This document shows, in pieces, positions 19,339 to 28,989 of a DNA stretch of 64,000 bases. Below the pieces are notes generated by a model that was given only the letters and a program-made list of their open reading frames with translations, was not told the origin of the DNA and did not search any database. A program made the position numbers and the translations under genes. The first letter of the stretch is position 1, and each line of letters starts with the position of its first letter. Location: the NCBI GenBank assembly GCA_902592275.1, contig CACJDW010000001.1:47175-111174 (forward strand). Direction: 5' to 3'. The DNA comes from an uncultured Pelagibacteraceae bacterium (GTDB lineage: Bacteria; Pseudomonadota; Alphaproteobacteria; Pelagibacterales; Pelagibacteraceae).

Positions 19339-20285
19339 CACAATCCCAAAATAACCCTAGGGGTATTGTCTTTATTTTATTAGGAATGGCAACTTTTTCC
19401 ATTCAAGATGCTTTAATTAAATTTATCTATGAAGATGTAGCTTTATATGAATTATATTTTGGGAGAACACTTGTAGCTTGCATCTTGTTAATAATTTATC
19501 TCAAAATTACTAATCAAAAAATAAATTTAAAAAGTCATTATCCTTTTTTAACAATTTTAAGAGTAATATGTTTCTTTTTTGGGTTCAGTTTTTTTTATAT
19601 CTCTCTTACTTACATGTCTCTGGCAATGGCGAATGCACTTTTCTTTTCCAGTCCTTTTTTCATATCCATATTGGCAACTATTTTTTTAAAAGAGAAAGTT
19701 GGTATAAGAAGATGGATTGCAATTTTTGCTGGTTTTTTTGGAGTGTATATTGTTTTAAATCCAGATTTTAATGATTTTGATTATATGAAATTAGCACCTG
19801 TTGCCTGTGCTTTATGCTACGCAATTTCAATGACAATTACTAAAGTAACCTCCGATAAAGATAATGTTTATACTCAAATGTTACATTTATATTTTGGTGC
19901 ACTATTAATTAGTATTTTGTTTTTTATTTTCACAGGGAAAGGTCAATTCAATAATTTTAGCGATGAAACTTTTCAGTTTATTTTTAGAGAATGGTTTACA
20001 AATCCTTCATATTCATGGCCTTTTATAATTGCCATGGGCTGCATTGGTGCATTTGCATTTTATTTTGTTTTTAATGCCTACAGTATAGCTTCCCCATCTG
20101 TAGTCTCGCTATATGAGTATTCATTAATAATATGGTCAATTATCACTGGATATTTAATATTTGATAACATTCCAACTGTTAGAACTTTTATAGGTGTTTC
20201 GATAATTATAGGTGCTGGTGTGTATATTTATTTTAGGGAAAAGGTCAAAGATCAACTGATTGTGACAGACACTCCAAATAGATGA
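19335..20285 (+). CDS. DMT/EamA family transporter
   Basis: Multi-TM; FSSPFF..LKEKVGIRRW signature. Confidence 0.85.
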   Translation: MTQSQNNPRGIVFILLGMATFSIQDALIKFIYEDVALYELYFGRTLVACILLIIYLKITNQKINLKSHYPFLTILRVICFFFGFSFFYISLTYMSLAMANALFFSSPFFISILATIFLKEKVGIRRWIAIFAGFFGVYIVLNPDFNDFDYMKLAPVACALCYAISMTITKVTSDKDNVYTQMLHLYFGALLISILFFIFTGKGQFNNFSDETFQFIFREWFTNPSYSWPFIIAMGCIGAFAFYFVFNAYSIASPSVVSLYEYSLIIWSIITGYLIFDNIPTVRTFIGVSIIIGAGVYIYFREKVKDQLIVTDTPNR

Positions 20286-21247
20286 AAAACTATATCCCAA
20301 CAATCAATATTTCAGCATTAATCAAAAATAATTTTAATACAAAAAAAGCCAATCAAACAATTAAACAAATAGAAAAAGCTTGTGTCAATGTTGGTTTTTT
20401 CCAGATAACAGGTCACGGTATCAATTTAAAAGAAATAAAAAAAACTTGTGATGTTGGCAATAAATTTTTTAATTCTTCTAAAATTAATAAGCAAAAATTA
20501 TCCCCTAAGAAATGGAATAAAAAAAATAAAAATCTTTATAGAGGATACTTTCCAAATGACGTGAATGGTAAAGAAGGTTTAGATATTGGTGATTTAAAAG
20601 TTACAAAAAATTATTCAGCAAAAATTAAAAACCAATATATTGAACACTTAGATCTAAGCAAAAGTATTGATAAATCATCGATAAAAATTTTAGAAAAATA
20701 TTTTGATAATTTATTTTCATTAAGTGAAACTTTATTCAAAAGTATAATTAAACTTTATAAAAAAAATCCTGATATTTCTAAAATGGCTTTCTCAAGATTA
20801 AAAACATTAAGCACTTTAAGATTTAATTATTATCCAAACCAGACAAAGCCAGTTGAAATATCAAAACAAGATGGGGTTGCTCTTGGATGTGAAACTCATG
20901 TTGATAGTGGAGTGTTTACTGTACTTTATCAAGATAGAAAAGGTGGGCTACAGGTGCAAAATAGAAAAACAAAAAAATGGTATGATGTTCCATTTAATAA
21001 AAAGGCTTTGGTTGTAAATACTGGAAGAGCATTAGAATTTCTTAGTAAAGGTAAATTTAAAGCAACAAATCATAGAGTACTATGGAATAAAACTAAGAGA
21101 CTCTCTGTTCCTTTTTTCTTTGAACCTTCCTATAATTTCAAAATGAACCAATCATTTTTAAATGGAAGTAAATGCAAAAATAATGGTCTAATTTATGAGA
21201 AATTTCTTAACAAATCCTTAAAGAAATTTATTGAATATCAACGTTAG
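20282..21247 (+). CDS. Isopenicillin-N-synthase-like Fe(II)/2OG oxygenase
   Basis: IPTINI, GFFQITGHG, YRGY, LRFNYYP, HVD (HxD), HRV, RLSVPFF (RxS). Confidence 0.85.
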   Translation: MKNYIPTINISALIKNNFNTKKANQTIKQIEKACVNVGFFQITGHGINLKEIKKTCDVGNKFFNSSKINKQKLSPKKWNKKNKNLYRGYFPNDVNGKEGLDIGDLKVTKNYSAKIKNQYIEHLDLSKSIDKSSIKILEKYFDNLFSLSETLFKSIIKLYKKNPDISKMAFSRLKTLSTLRFNYYPNQTKPVEISKQDGVALGCETHVDSGVFTVLYQDRKGGLQVQNRKTKKWYDVPFNKKALVVNTGRALEFLSKGKFKATNHRVLWNKTKRLSVPFFFEPSYNFKMNQSFLNGSKCKNNGLIYEKFLNKSLKKFIEYQR

Positions 21248-21280
21248 TAATAATAAGGTTTGAATATAAAGCGATACATA

Positions 21281-21349
21281 ACTCGTCGTTAAATTCAAAA
21301 ATTTACGAAAGTGGGATCGGTCGTCTTTAAATTAATTTTTAAAGGAGGC
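21281..21349 (+). promoter_or_regulatory. Candidate structured 5' leader with SD-sequestering hairpin
   Basis: Two hairpins foldable by eye: 21281-21312 and 21320-21349; the second pairs GTCGTCTTTAAA with TTTAAAGGAGGC, covering the GGAGG SD. Confidence 0.35.
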
Positions 21350-21352
21350 TTT

Positions 21353-22519
21353 ATGAACTTTGGATATTTTTGTAACACTACTAATTGGGATAAAAAACCT
21401 TATACGCAACTTTTAGATGAAGCTAGAGAGATCACTGAATATTGTGATCAAAATAATTGGAATTCTATTTGGTATACCGAACATCATTTTAATCATGAAG
21501 GAATGGAGTCGTGCACCAATCCACTAATGATGTGCACTGATGCTGCTGCAAGAACTAGAAATATTCGTTTAGGGCAGGCTTGTAACGTAATTACATTTCA
21601 TAATCCTATAAGACTTGCAGAAGATATTGCTACCCTTGATCAAATGTCAAAAGGAAGAGTTGAAGTGGGTATTGGTAGAGGAGTTTATGGTAGAGAAGCA
21701 ATCAACATGAATAAAGAAGCTGACTTAAAAGACCAAGCAAAAAATTTTAGACTATTTTCAGAAACATTAGACATAATGAAAAAAGCATGGTCTGAAGACT
21801 TTTTTTCTCATCAAGGAGAATTTTATACCTACCCATCTCCTAATTTTATTTGGCAACACGACATGAGTCCTCCAAAAGAAAATGTTGTCGATTTAAAAAC
21901 AAATGAATTAAAACAAATATCTGTATTACCAAAACCTTATCAAAAACCTTTTCCACCAATTTCTCAAGTAGTTGATGGAGAAAGATCAATTCAGTGGGCA
22001 GCAGAAAATGGGCTTAATACAATTATGTGGATACCAACTGTAAAAGCTTTGAAAAAAAGATTTGAAATTTATAAAGATGCAAAATCTAAAGCTGAAAATA
22101 GAGATGTACCACTAGGGGAAGGTATTAGTTTGGTTAGAGATATGTTTGTTGCAGAAACTATGGAAGAGGCTGAAAAAATGGCTGGAGAACATATTGTAAA
22201 TTATATGAGATGGGTTTGTCATTGGAGAGGATTGGGAAATCATATGGATCCAGATGAAAAATTACCAGAGACAAAAAATAAATTGGATTTATTAAATTAT
22301 GAATTTCTTCATAAAAGAAATCTATTGTTTGGAACACCTGAGTTTGTAATTGAAAAAATAAAAGAACTTCAACAAGAATTAAATCTTCAAAATTTACAAG
22401 TCTGGTCTAACTTTCCAGGTATTAAACACGAAGATTGTATGAGAAGCATCAAATTATTTACAGAAGAAGTAATTCCAAATATAAAACCGATAGACACAAA
22501 CATTCAAAGAGCTAGTTAG
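21353..22519 (+). CDS. Luciferase-like (LLM) flavin-dependent monooxygenase
   Basis: WYTEHHF, IRLGQ, NPIRLAED..LDQMSKGRVEVGIGRG, PKPYQKP; start moved to ATG 21353 after the GGAGG SD. Confidence 0.88.
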   Translation: MNFGYFCNTTNWDKKPYTQLLDEAREITEYCDQNNWNSIWYTEHHFNHEGMESCTNPLMMCTDAAARTRNIRLGQACNVITFHNPIRLAEDIATLDQMSKGRVEVGIGRGVYGREAINMNKEADLKDQAKNFRLFSETLDIMKKAWSEDFFSHQGEFYTYPSPNFIWQHDMSPPKENVVDLKTNELKQISVLPKPYQKPFPPISQVVDGERSIQWAAENGLNTIMWIPTVKALKKRFEIYKDAKSKAENRDVPLGEGISLVRDMFVAETMEEAEKMAGEHIVNYMRWVCHWRGLGNHMDPDEKLPETKNKLDLLNYEFLHKRNLLFGTPEFVIEKIKELQQELNLQNLQVWSNFPGIKHEDCMRSIKLFTEEVIPNIKPIDTNIQRAS

Positions 22520-22522
22520 TAA

Positions 22523-23107
22523 ATGAATTTAAAACTTAGAAAATTTGCAAAATTTGTTGATAAAACTTTTATTGAAGGTGGAAAAAAAGCTAAAGAACCT
22601 GTTCTGTTAGTTTCTGTTGCAGCTGTTATAGAAAATCCTTGGGCCGGAAAAGGTTTTGTAGAAGATTTAAAACCAGAAATATTAGATCTTGCGCCTCAAT
22701 TAGGAGATATTTTGGTTCCAGAGTTAACAAAAGAAATTGGATCGGGTGAAAAAATTTTAGCCTATGGAAAAGCTGCTATGGTTGGATTAAATGGTGAGAT
22801 AGAACACGCGTCTGCATTTATTCATACTTTAAGATTTGGAAATAAATTTAGAGATGCTGTTGGGGGAACTTCCTATTTAAGTTTTACAAATACCAGAGGT
22901 CCTGCAGGTGCAAAAATTTCAATTCCCATGATGCACAAAACTGATGCTGGATTAAGACCTTTTTATCTTACTCATGAATTTACAATTCATGATGCCCCTA
23001 ATGAAGATGAAATAGTTGTTGCTATTGGAGGCGCTCCAACTGGACGAGCTCATGCAAGAACGGGTGATAGATATCAAGACATGAAAGAGATGGGCATTGA
23101 TAACTAA
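22523..23107 (+). CDS. DUF1185 / 'amino acid synthesis' family protein (TgnF-like)
   Basis: NPWAG.GFVEDL, YGKAAMVG..GEIEH, DAP..DEI, GRAHAR.GDR. Confidence 0.75.
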   Translation: MNLKLRKFAKFVDKTFIEGGKKAKEPVLLVSVAAVIENPWAGKGFVEDLKPEILDLAPQLGDILVPELTKEIGSGEKILAYGKAAMVGLNGEIEHASAFIHTLRFGNKFRDAVGGTSYLSFTNTRGPAGAKISIPMMHKTDAGLRPFYLTHEFTIHDAPNEDEIVVAIGGAPTGRAHARTGDRYQDMKEMGIDN

Positions 23108-23110
23108 TTG

Positions 23111-23896
23111 ATGTCTTATAATTTTGATACAGATCAAAATCATTATTATTTTAATAACAAAAATTCTTTACCAATAATTTTTATTCATGGCGTTGGTTTA
23201 AATCAGCAAATGTGGAAACCACAAATTGAATTTTTTAAGGACAATTCATTTTTAACTTACGATCTATTAGGACATGGAAAAACACCTTTTAAAGAGCCAA
23301 ATTTATCAATGGAAAATTTTACTGATCAATTATCAAATTTAGTAACTAACCTAAAGATAGAGAAATTTAATTTAATTGGCTTTTCTATCGGATCTTTGAT
23401 TGCAATTGAATTTGCCTCAAAATATGAAAATTACTTAAATTCCTTAACTCTAATATCCACTACATATCAAAGGACAGCTGAAGAAAGACAAAATGTAATT
23501 GATAGAGTAAATTTAGCAAAAAAAAATATGCCAATATCTCAAATGGCAATGAAGAGATGGTTTTCAGATGAGTACCTTGAGCAAAACCCTGAATTATACG
23601 ATGAGTTTATGAAAATTCTTAATAAGAAAGGAATTGATCAAGAAAATTTTATAAAAGCTTATGAAGTATTTGCAAACTATGAGGACAATCTTGAAAACAT
23701 AAAAAATATTAAAACAAATACTTTGATAATAACTGGATCAGATGATCCAGGATCTACACCTGATATGTCAAAAAATTTAAATAAAGATATACAAAATTCA
23801 ACATATCTTGAAATAAAAAATGGAAAACATTTATGCACTATTGAATATGCAGAAGAAGTAAATAATGCAATAATGAAACATATAAATAATGCCTGA
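23111..23896 (+). CDS. Alpha/beta hydrolase (TgnD-like)
   Basis: HGVGL, YDLLGHG, GFSIG nucleophile elbow, Asp and His (GKHL) of the triad. Confidence 0.85.
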   Translation: MSYNFDTDQNHYYFNNKNSLPIIFIHGVGLNQQMWKPQIEFFKDNSFLTYDLLGHGKTPFKEPNLSMENFTDQLSNLVTNLKIEKFNLIGFSIGSLIAIEFASKYENYLNSLTLISTTYQRTAEERQNVIDRVNLAKKNMPISQMAMKRWFSDEYLEQNPELYDEFMKILNKKGIDQENFIKAYEVFANYEDNLENIKNIKTNTLIITGSDDPGSTPDMSKNLNKDIQNSTYLEIKNGKHLCTIEYAEEVNNAIMKHINNA

Positions 23897-25370
23897 GTTA
23901 GAAAAATATCAAATGTTTATAAATGGTCAGTGGGTAGACTCTGATACAAAAAAAACTTTTGAAACTTTAAATCCAGAAAATAATAAGCCTTGGGCTGTAG
24001 TTCCTGAAGCTAGTGCAAAAGATGTTGATAGAGCTGTAAAAGCTGCACAAAAAGCTTTTGAAGGTGAATGGCCAAAAATGCTTGCAAGAGATAGAGCAAA
24101 ATATTTAAGAGCGATTGGAAATAAGCTCAGAGAAAATTCTGAATTATTAGGAAAGATTGAAACGATTGATACAGGAAAACTGTATAGAGAAACTTATCAA
24201 CAAGCAAAATATATTGCAGAATATTATGATTACTACGCAGGTTTAGCTGACAAAGTTGAAGGAACAGTTCTTCCAATAGATAAACCAAATATTCAAGCAA
24301 TCACAACAAGAATTCCAATAGGTGTTATAGCTGCTATCATTCCTTGGAATTCTCAAATGTTTTTAACTGCAACAAAAGTTGCTCCTGCTTTAGCTATGGG
24401 TAATACCGTAGTAATTAAATGTTCTGAATTAGCACCAGCAACTATGTTTGAGTTTGCAAAGTTAGTTGAAGAAACTGGAATACCAAAAGGGGTAATAAAT
24501 GTAGTTTCTGGTTTTGGTGATCCATGTGGTAAAGCTTTAACTACTCACAACTTAGTTGAGAAAGTAGCTTTTACAGGAGGTCCAGAAACAGCAAGACATA
24601 TAATTAGAAATTCTGCAGAAAATTTATCTGAGGTAAGTTTAGAGTTAGGTGGAAAAAGTCCTGTAGCTGTTTTTGATGATGCTAAACAAGAAAATGCAAT
24701 TAATGGAATAACTGCTGGAATATTCGGAGCAAGTGGTCAAAGTTGTATAGCAGGTTCAAGGCTGTACTTACAAAAAGGAATTTATAATGAGTTTCTAGAT
24801 AAATTAGCATCAAGAGCAGAAAAAATTAAAATAGGTGCACCAATGGATACTGATACTGAAATGGGTCCCTTAAGTAACTTCAAACAATTAGAAGTAATAG
24901 AAAAAAATATTAAATTAACAGTTGAACAAGGTGGAAAAATTAAATGTGGTGGTAAAAGACATCCATTTTCAAATGAAGGTTATTATTTTCCTCCAACAAT
25001 TATTGAGTGTGAAAATCATAATTTACCAGCTGCTGAGAATGAACTTTTCGGTCCTGTATTATCGGTCATGAAATTTGATACTGAAAAAGAGGTAATAGAA
25101 TTAATGAACGACAACCAATATGGGCTTTCTTCAGGTGTTTATACTAGTGATCTAGCAAGAGGAATGAGAGTATCTAATGCTATCCGAGCAGGAATAACAT
25201 TTGTAAATACTTATAGATTAATTTCTCCTTCAGCTCCATTTGGAGGTATCAAGGATAGTGGATATGGAAAAGAGGCTGGAATTGACTCTATAAAAGACTA
25301 CACTAGGGTAAAAACAACTTGGTTTTACACTTCAGATGAGCCAACGCTTGATCCTTTTTCAATAAGATAA
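23889..25370 (+). CDS. Aldehyde dehydrogenase (TgnC-like)
   Basis: IIPWNSQ, FTGGPETA, LELGGKSP, GQSCIAGSR, ELFGP. Confidence 0.9.
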   Translation: MPELEKYQMFINGQWVDSDTKKTFETLNPENNKPWAVVPEASAKDVDRAVKAAQKAFEGEWPKMLARDRAKYLRAIGNKLRENSELLGKIETIDTGKLYRETYQQAKYIAEYYDYYAGLADKVEGTVLPIDKPNIQAITTRIPIGVIAAIIPWNSQMFLTATKVAPALAMGNTVVIKCSELAPATMFEFAKLVEETGIPKGVINVVSGFGDPCGKALTTHNLVEKVAFTGGPETARHIIRNSAENLSEVSLELGGKSPVAVFDDAKQENAINGITAGIFGASGQSCIAGSRLYLQKGIYNEFLDKLASRAEKIKIGAPMDTDTEMGPLSNFKQLEVIEKNIKLTVEQGGKIKCGGKRHPFSNEGYYFPPTIIECENHNLPAAENELFGPVLSVMKFDTEKEVIELMNDNQYGLSSGVYTSDLARGMRVSNAIRAGITFVNTYRLISPSAPFGGIKDSGYGKEAGIDSIKDYTRVKTTWFYTSDEPTLDPFSIR

Positions 25371-25381
25371 ATTTATTTTAA

Positions 25382-26152
25382 TTAATAAGAATATTTTTTT
25401 GACGGAAATTGCGCTTTTCTAACCTCTTTTGAATAATTTGATACAGCTTTTTTAATTTGATTATGAATATTTGCATATTTTTTTACAAATCTAGCATTAA
25501 TTGGGTTAAGTCCAATAAGATCATCAAAAACTAATATTTGTCCATCACAGTTATTTGAAGCTCCTATTCCAATAGTTGGAATATTGATTTGTTTAGTTAC
25601 ATGGTTAGCTAATGACGTTGCAACACATTCTAATACAATAGAAAATACACCTGCTCTTTCTAATAATTTTGCATCTTTTAAAATATTTTCTCTTTCTGAT
25701 TTTTTTTTACCTTTGAATTTAAATGTTTTATCTGACTGAGGAAGCAATCCTAAATGTCCCATCACAGGAATTTTATTTTTTACTAGAGTTTTAATAGAGT
25801 TATAAATTTTTTTCCCACCTTCCAATTTAACAGCATCGCATTTCGTCTTTGATATTATTTTTTTAGCATTTTTTAGCGCTTCTTTTGGATTTCTGTAAGT
25901 GTTGTGAGGCATATCAACAACCATTAAAGCTTTTTTAATTCCCATTCTTACACTCCTTGAATGTTCAATCATCATATCCAAAGTTACCTGTCGAGTAGAT
26001 TTATAATTATATAAAACAGAACCAAGAGAGTCTCCAACAAGAACAATATCACAATAGTTATCTAAGATTGACGCTATATTTTTAGAGTAAGCTGTTAAGC
26101 TAACAATTTTACTTTTGTTTTTTTTTGATAATAATTTTTTAATTTTATTCAT
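25382..26152 (-). CDS. panB: 3-methyl-2-oxobutanoate hydroxymethyltransferase
   Basis: LTAY, LVGDSLG, VVDMP, VKLEGG, GHLGL, TIGIGA, DGQILV. Confidence 0.92.
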   Translation of the reverse strand: MNKIKKLLSKKNKSKIVSLTAYSKNIASILDNYCDIVLVGDSLGSVLYNYKSTRQVTLDMMIEHSRSVRMGIKKALMVVDMPHNTYRNPKEALKNAKKIISKTKCDAVKLEGGKKIYNSIKTLVKNKIPVMGHLGLLPQSDKTFKFKGKKKSERENILKDAKLLERAGVFSIVLECVATSLANHVTKQINIPTIGIGASNNCDGQILVFDDLIGLNPINARFVKKYANIHNQIKKAVSNYSKEVRKAQFPSKKYSY

Positions 26153-26546
26153 TTATTGATTCTTGGCTTTTATATGCTTTCAAAAGCTTTTTAGATATAG
26201 TTAGTTTTTTTGCAATAGTAGATTTCTCATCAATAATTCTCCAAAAAGGAAGTTTGGGTTTTTTTAATTTTTTTTTACTTTGCTCTTCTAAAGAGGCTTC
26301 TATTGCAATTCTCAAAAAAATTCCTGTAGAAACAGGGCATGTTTTGTCAGCTTTAGCTTTTTTGGCTAGAGCTTCTCTCATTTCATTAACAGTCTTTTTT
26401 TTTCCTTTGGGAATTTTTTTAATATACTTTGCAATTGAAACTGGAGATGAAACCAACATTGTTTCTCCCTTTTTAATATCTGCAAAATTTATAGTTAATT
26501 TTTTAATTTTCTCTTTATATTGTCTATTGAACTTCTCAGTCCACAT
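26145..26546 (-). CDS. MGMT/alkyltransferase-like DNA-binding protein
   Basis: IPKGK..T, TCPVSTGIF, PFWRII (resembles the PCHRV/PWWRV motif but lacks the acceptor Cys). Confidence 0.55.
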   Translation of the reverse strand: MWTEKFNRQYKEKIKKLTINFADIKKGETMLVSSPVSIAKYIKKIPKGKKKTVNEMREALAKKAKADKTCPVSTGIFLRIAIEASLEEQSKKKLKKPKLPFWRIIDEKSTIAKKLTISKKLLKAYKSQESINE

Positions 26547-26555
26547 TCGAAAATT

Positions 26556-26975
26556 TTACCAAATACCAGTATTTTCCATTGAGGCCCAAGGTTCTTGGGG
26601 GTCTAAATATCCATCTTGAAGTAATTCAATTGAAATTTTATCAGGCGATCTAACAAAAGCCATATGCCCGTCTCTTGGAGGTCTATTAATTGTATAACCC
26701 ATGTCCATAAGTTTTTGGCAAGTTTCATAAATATTATCTACTCTGTAAGCTAAATGGCCAAAATTTCTAGAACCCTCTCCTAGCTCGTCGCCATCCCAGT
26801 TGTATGTTAATTCAATTTCTGTCTTTTCATCATTTGGTGGAGCAAGAAAAATTAAAGTGTATCTTCCTTTTTCACTATCTTTCCTTCTTGTTTCTTTAAG
26901 TCCAAGACCCTCACAAAAAAATTTAAGAGATGCATCAACATCACTAATTCTAATCATTGTATGTAAATATTTCAT
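26556..26975 (-). CDS. gloA: Lactoylglutathione lyase (glyoxalase I)
   Basis: YLHTMIR, ELTYNWD, FGHLA, FVRSPD.ISIEL. Confidence 0.88.
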   Translation of the reverse strand: MKYLHTMIRISDVDASLKFFCEGLGLKETRRKDSEKGRYTLIFLAPPNDEKTEIELTYNWDGDELGEGSRNFGHLAYRVDNIYETCQKLMDMGYTINRPPRDGHMAFVRSPDKISIELLQDGYLDPQEPWASMENTGIW

Positions 26976-26996
26976 AGCAATACTTATAGTTAAAAA

Positions 26997-28559
26997 TTAC
27001 TCTAATTCAATAGTACTTGGTGGCTTTGATGTAACATCATATACAACCCTATTTATTCCTCTAATACTATTTACAATTTTATTAGATATGTTTTGCATAA
27101 AGCTCTTATTAAATTCATAATAATCTGCTGTCATACCATCTTCAGAAGTAATTGCTCTCAACAAACACAAATATTCATAAGTACGATTATCTCCCATGAC
27201 CCCAACAGTTTTAACTGGGAGCAAAGCTGCATAGGCTTGCCAAATCTTATGGTAAAGACCATGATCTTTTAAAGCTTGGATAAAATAATAATCTGCTTCC
27301 TTTAAAATTTTAATTTTGTCATTTGTAATTATCCCTGGCATTCGAATGGCTAACCCAGGTCCTGGGAATGGATGTCTTGAAATAATTTCTTTACTTAAAT
27401 TTAATGCCAATCCTAATTTTCTTACTTCATCTTTAAATAAGAACTTTAGCGGTTCTACTAATTTTAAATTCATTTTTTTGGGCAAACCACCAACATTGTG
27501 ATGGGATTTTATTTTTGAAGTTTGGCTACCAGTAACAGATTTGCTCTCAATTAAATCAGGATAAAGAGTTCCTTGAGCTAAAAATTTAACATTTTTAATT
27601 TTCTTAGCATATCGCTCAAATATTTTAATAAATAAATTACCAATTATTTTTCTTTTTTTCTCAGGATCGGAAACATTTTTTAATTTTTTTAAAAATTCTT
27701 TTTCAGCATTTACATAAATTAAATTCATTTTTAAACGCTTCTTAAAAGTTTGAACTACTTGTACTTCCTCATTTTTTCTTAGAAGGCCAGTGTTTACAAA
27801 AATACAATAAAGTTTTTTACCAATAGCTTTATTCAGTAATTGAGCGACCACACTACTATCCACACCTCCTGATAATGCACAAATAACTTTATTATTCCCA
27901 ACTTGTTTTCGAACATCTTTAATGAGCTGATTTTTTTGATCTCTAGAGGACCAATTTCGTTTAATTTTACAAATTAAAAAAATAAAATTACTTATTAATT
28001 TTTTTCCGTTTTCTGTGTGTGTCACCTCTGGATGAAATTGTACCCCATAATATTTTTTTATTTTATTTTCAACAATTGCAAATTTTGAATTTGTGCTTGA
28101 TGCAACAATTTTAAAATTCTTAGGAAGTTTTGAAACTTGATCAGCATGACTCATCCAAACTTGTTTGGATTTTTTATTTCCAAAAAAATTAGTTGTTAAA
28201 AGACTATTATTTTTTTTATAAACATTAGCTAGACCAAATTCTCTATGTTTTGATTGTTTTACTCTTCCACCATTAAGTTTTGACAAAATTTGATGCCCAA
28301 AACATATTCCAAGAACAGGTACATCAAGCTGTAGAATTTTTTTATCAAATGAATATTTATTTATTTGATAAACATTTAATGGACCACCAGATAATACTAT
28401 TCCTTTAATGCTGTGATTTATGTCTTTTAGTTTTATTTTTTTGTGACTAACTATTTCTGAAAACACACCTAATTCTCTTACTCTTCTTGCAATTAATTGA
28501 GTAAATTGAGAACCAAAATCTATTATTAAGATTTTATTAAGGTTTTGATCAAGACTCAT
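26997..28559 (-). CDS. guaA: GMP synthase (glutamine-hydrolyzing)
   Basis: [48 protein letters not shown]. Confidence 0.97.
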   Translation of the reverse strand: MSLDQNLNKILIIDFGSQFTQLIARRVRELGVFSEIVSHKKIKLKDINHSIKGIVLSGGPLNVYQINKYSFDKKILQLDVPVLGICFGHQILSKLNGGRVKQSKHREFGLANVYKKNNSLLTTNFFGNKKSKQVWMSHADQVSKLPKNFKIVASSTNSKFAIVENKIKKYYGVQFHPEVTHTENGKKLISNFIFLICKIKRNWSSRDQKNQLIKDVRKQVGNNKVICALSGGVDSSVVAQLLNKAIGKKLYCIFVNTGLLRKNEEVQVVQTFKKRLKMNLIYVNAEKEFLKKLKNVSDPEKKRKIIGNLFIKIFERYAKKIKNVKFLAQGTLYPDLIESKSVTGSQTSKIKSHHNVGGLPKKMNLKLVEPLKFLFKDEVRKLGLALNLSKEIISRHPFPGPGLAIRMPGIITNDKIKILKEADYYFIQALKDHGLYHKIWQAYAALLPVKTVGVMGDNRTYEYLCLLRAITSEDGMTADYYEFNKSFMQNISNKIVNSIRGINRVVYDVTSKPPSTIELE

Positions 28560-28989
28560 TATTTTCAGGTTCAATATTTTTTAATGACTCTTGAATATCT
28601 TTGTTTTCATCACATAAATTTTTACAAACTTTCACAAATTTATCAGAAAGATCTTTGACTTTTTCATAATTCGATTTTTCTAATGCAATTTTCATTAACA
28701 TTAATAAAGCGTCCTCATTATCTGGCTCAATTAAAAGTGTTGTTTCTAAATTGTATTCTTCTTTTCTTTGATTTTCTTCTTGGTTATAAATTTTTGCTAA
28801 ATATAAATATGACTTTGCGTCTTTTGGATTAAAAACTATATTTCTTTCAAATAAAAAACGCGCATCTTCATATTTTTCTTTTTTAAACAACTTTAAAGCT
28901 TCATTAAAAAAATTTTCTTTGCTAAAAGACGCGCTGTTAAAAGAAACTGTTAAAAGTATTAACCCTATTAATTTAAAAAATTTGCTCAT
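28549..28989 (-). CDS. Exported TPR-repeat protein
   Basis: Signal peptide plus TPR-like helices ([21 protein letters not shown]). Confidence 0.7.
   Translation of the reverse strand: MSKFFKLIGLILLTVSFNSASFSKENFFNEALKLFKKEKYEDARFLFERNIVFNPKDAKSYLYLAKIYNQEENQRKEEYNLETTLLIEPDNEDALLMLMKIALEKSNYEKVKDLSDKFVKVCKNLCDENKDIQESLKNIEPENNES

Noticed and set aside
21300-21320. Known riboswitch match (c-di-GMP-I-like GAAA..GUGGGA, mini-ykkC ACGA loop, glnA-like CGUU..AAGU)
   Set aside because: Only fragments match and the other defining conserved elements are absent, so no family was assigned
21311-21352. GTG-start N-terminal extension of the LLM protein
   Set aside because: A strong GGAGG SD precedes ATG 21353, and MNFGYF is the usual LLM start
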